A DNA stretch of 64,000 nt from Alphaproteobacteria bacterium (GTDB lineage: Bacteria > Pseudomonadota > Alphaproteobacteria > UBA828): contig CAXXVO010000005.1 of assembly GCA_963422645.2 (NCBI GenBank), positions 256,001-320,000 on the forward strand, written 5' to 3'. The notes under the pieces are model-generated. The model searched no databases. It saw only the letters and a list, made by a program, of their open reading frames with translations, and was not told where the DNA came from. A program made the translations under genes and the position numbers. Below are positions 63,539 through 64,000 of the stretch, piece after piece. Within the stretch, counting starts at the first letter, position 1. Every line of letters begins with the position of its first letter.

Positions 63539-63598
63539 GACTTCCTCCGGCTTATCCGGCAGACGCGAGGCGCAGACACGCGCCGCTCACGCCGCCAG

Positions 63599-64000
63599 TC
63601 ACGATGCCGCTGTCTCCGCCTGCAGGGCGGCGACGTCGAGCTTCACGCCCGGCCCCTGGGAGGAGCTGAGCGCCGCCCGCTTCATGTAGATTCCCTTGGC
63701 GCCGCTCGGCTTCGCCCGATTGAGCGCGTCCACCAGCGCGCGCGCATTTTCGGCCAGCGCCTGATCCGCGAAGCTCGCCTTGCCGATGCCGGCGTGGACG
63801 ATGCCGGCCTTCTCGACCCGGAACTCCACCTGGCCGCCCTTGGCCGCCTGCACGGCCTCGGTCACGTCGGGCGTCACCGTGCCGAGCTTCGGGTTGGGCA
63901 TGAGCCCGCGCGGGCCCAGAATGCGGCCGAGCTTGCCGACGATGGGCATCATGTCGGGCGTCGCGATGCAGCGGTCGAATTCGATCTTGCCGCCCTGGAC
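63599..64000 (-). CDS. rplA: 50S ribosomal protein L1 (5' end outside the window)
   Basis: [23 protein letters not shown] and KPSGAKG. Confidence 0.97.
   Translation of the reverse strand, partial: VQGGKIEFDRCIATPDMMPIVGKLGRILGPRGLMPNPKLGTVTPDVTEAVQAAKGGQVEFRVEKAGIVHAGIGKASFADQALAENARALVDALNRAKPSGAKGIYMKRAALSSSQGPGVKLDVAALQAETAAS

Overview
High-GC alphaproteobacterial chromosome segment; Rhodospirillales-like by gene content, which is an inference. The right part (about 28.7-64 kb) is mostly housekeeping: cobalamin riboswitch-cobU, glycine riboswitch-gcvTHP, pduO, lolA-ftsK and rplA-rplJ-rplL-rpoB-rpoC, with one IS66 (ISBst12-type) copy interrupting an acyl-CoA ligase. The left part (1-28.7 kb) is rich in nested mobile DNA. 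It holds two related DDE elements abutted head-to-head, a non-autonomous IS66-ended element carrying a DNA methyltransferase, an IS1595 copy, and an IS4-type element with a DUF4338-DDE transposase. The main finding is a 2,825-bp serine-recombinase element inserted into that DUF4338 transposase through a 7-bp GTGGAGA core. In-silico excision restores the host transposase in frame and also joins an RBS+ATG from one element end, in frame, to the start-less first gene at the other end, suggesting circle-dependent expression. A second finding is a 72-aa SH3b-like segment inside RpoB. Several 1-2 nt frameshifts look like long-read assembly errors. All family assignments come from recognised motifs, not database searches.
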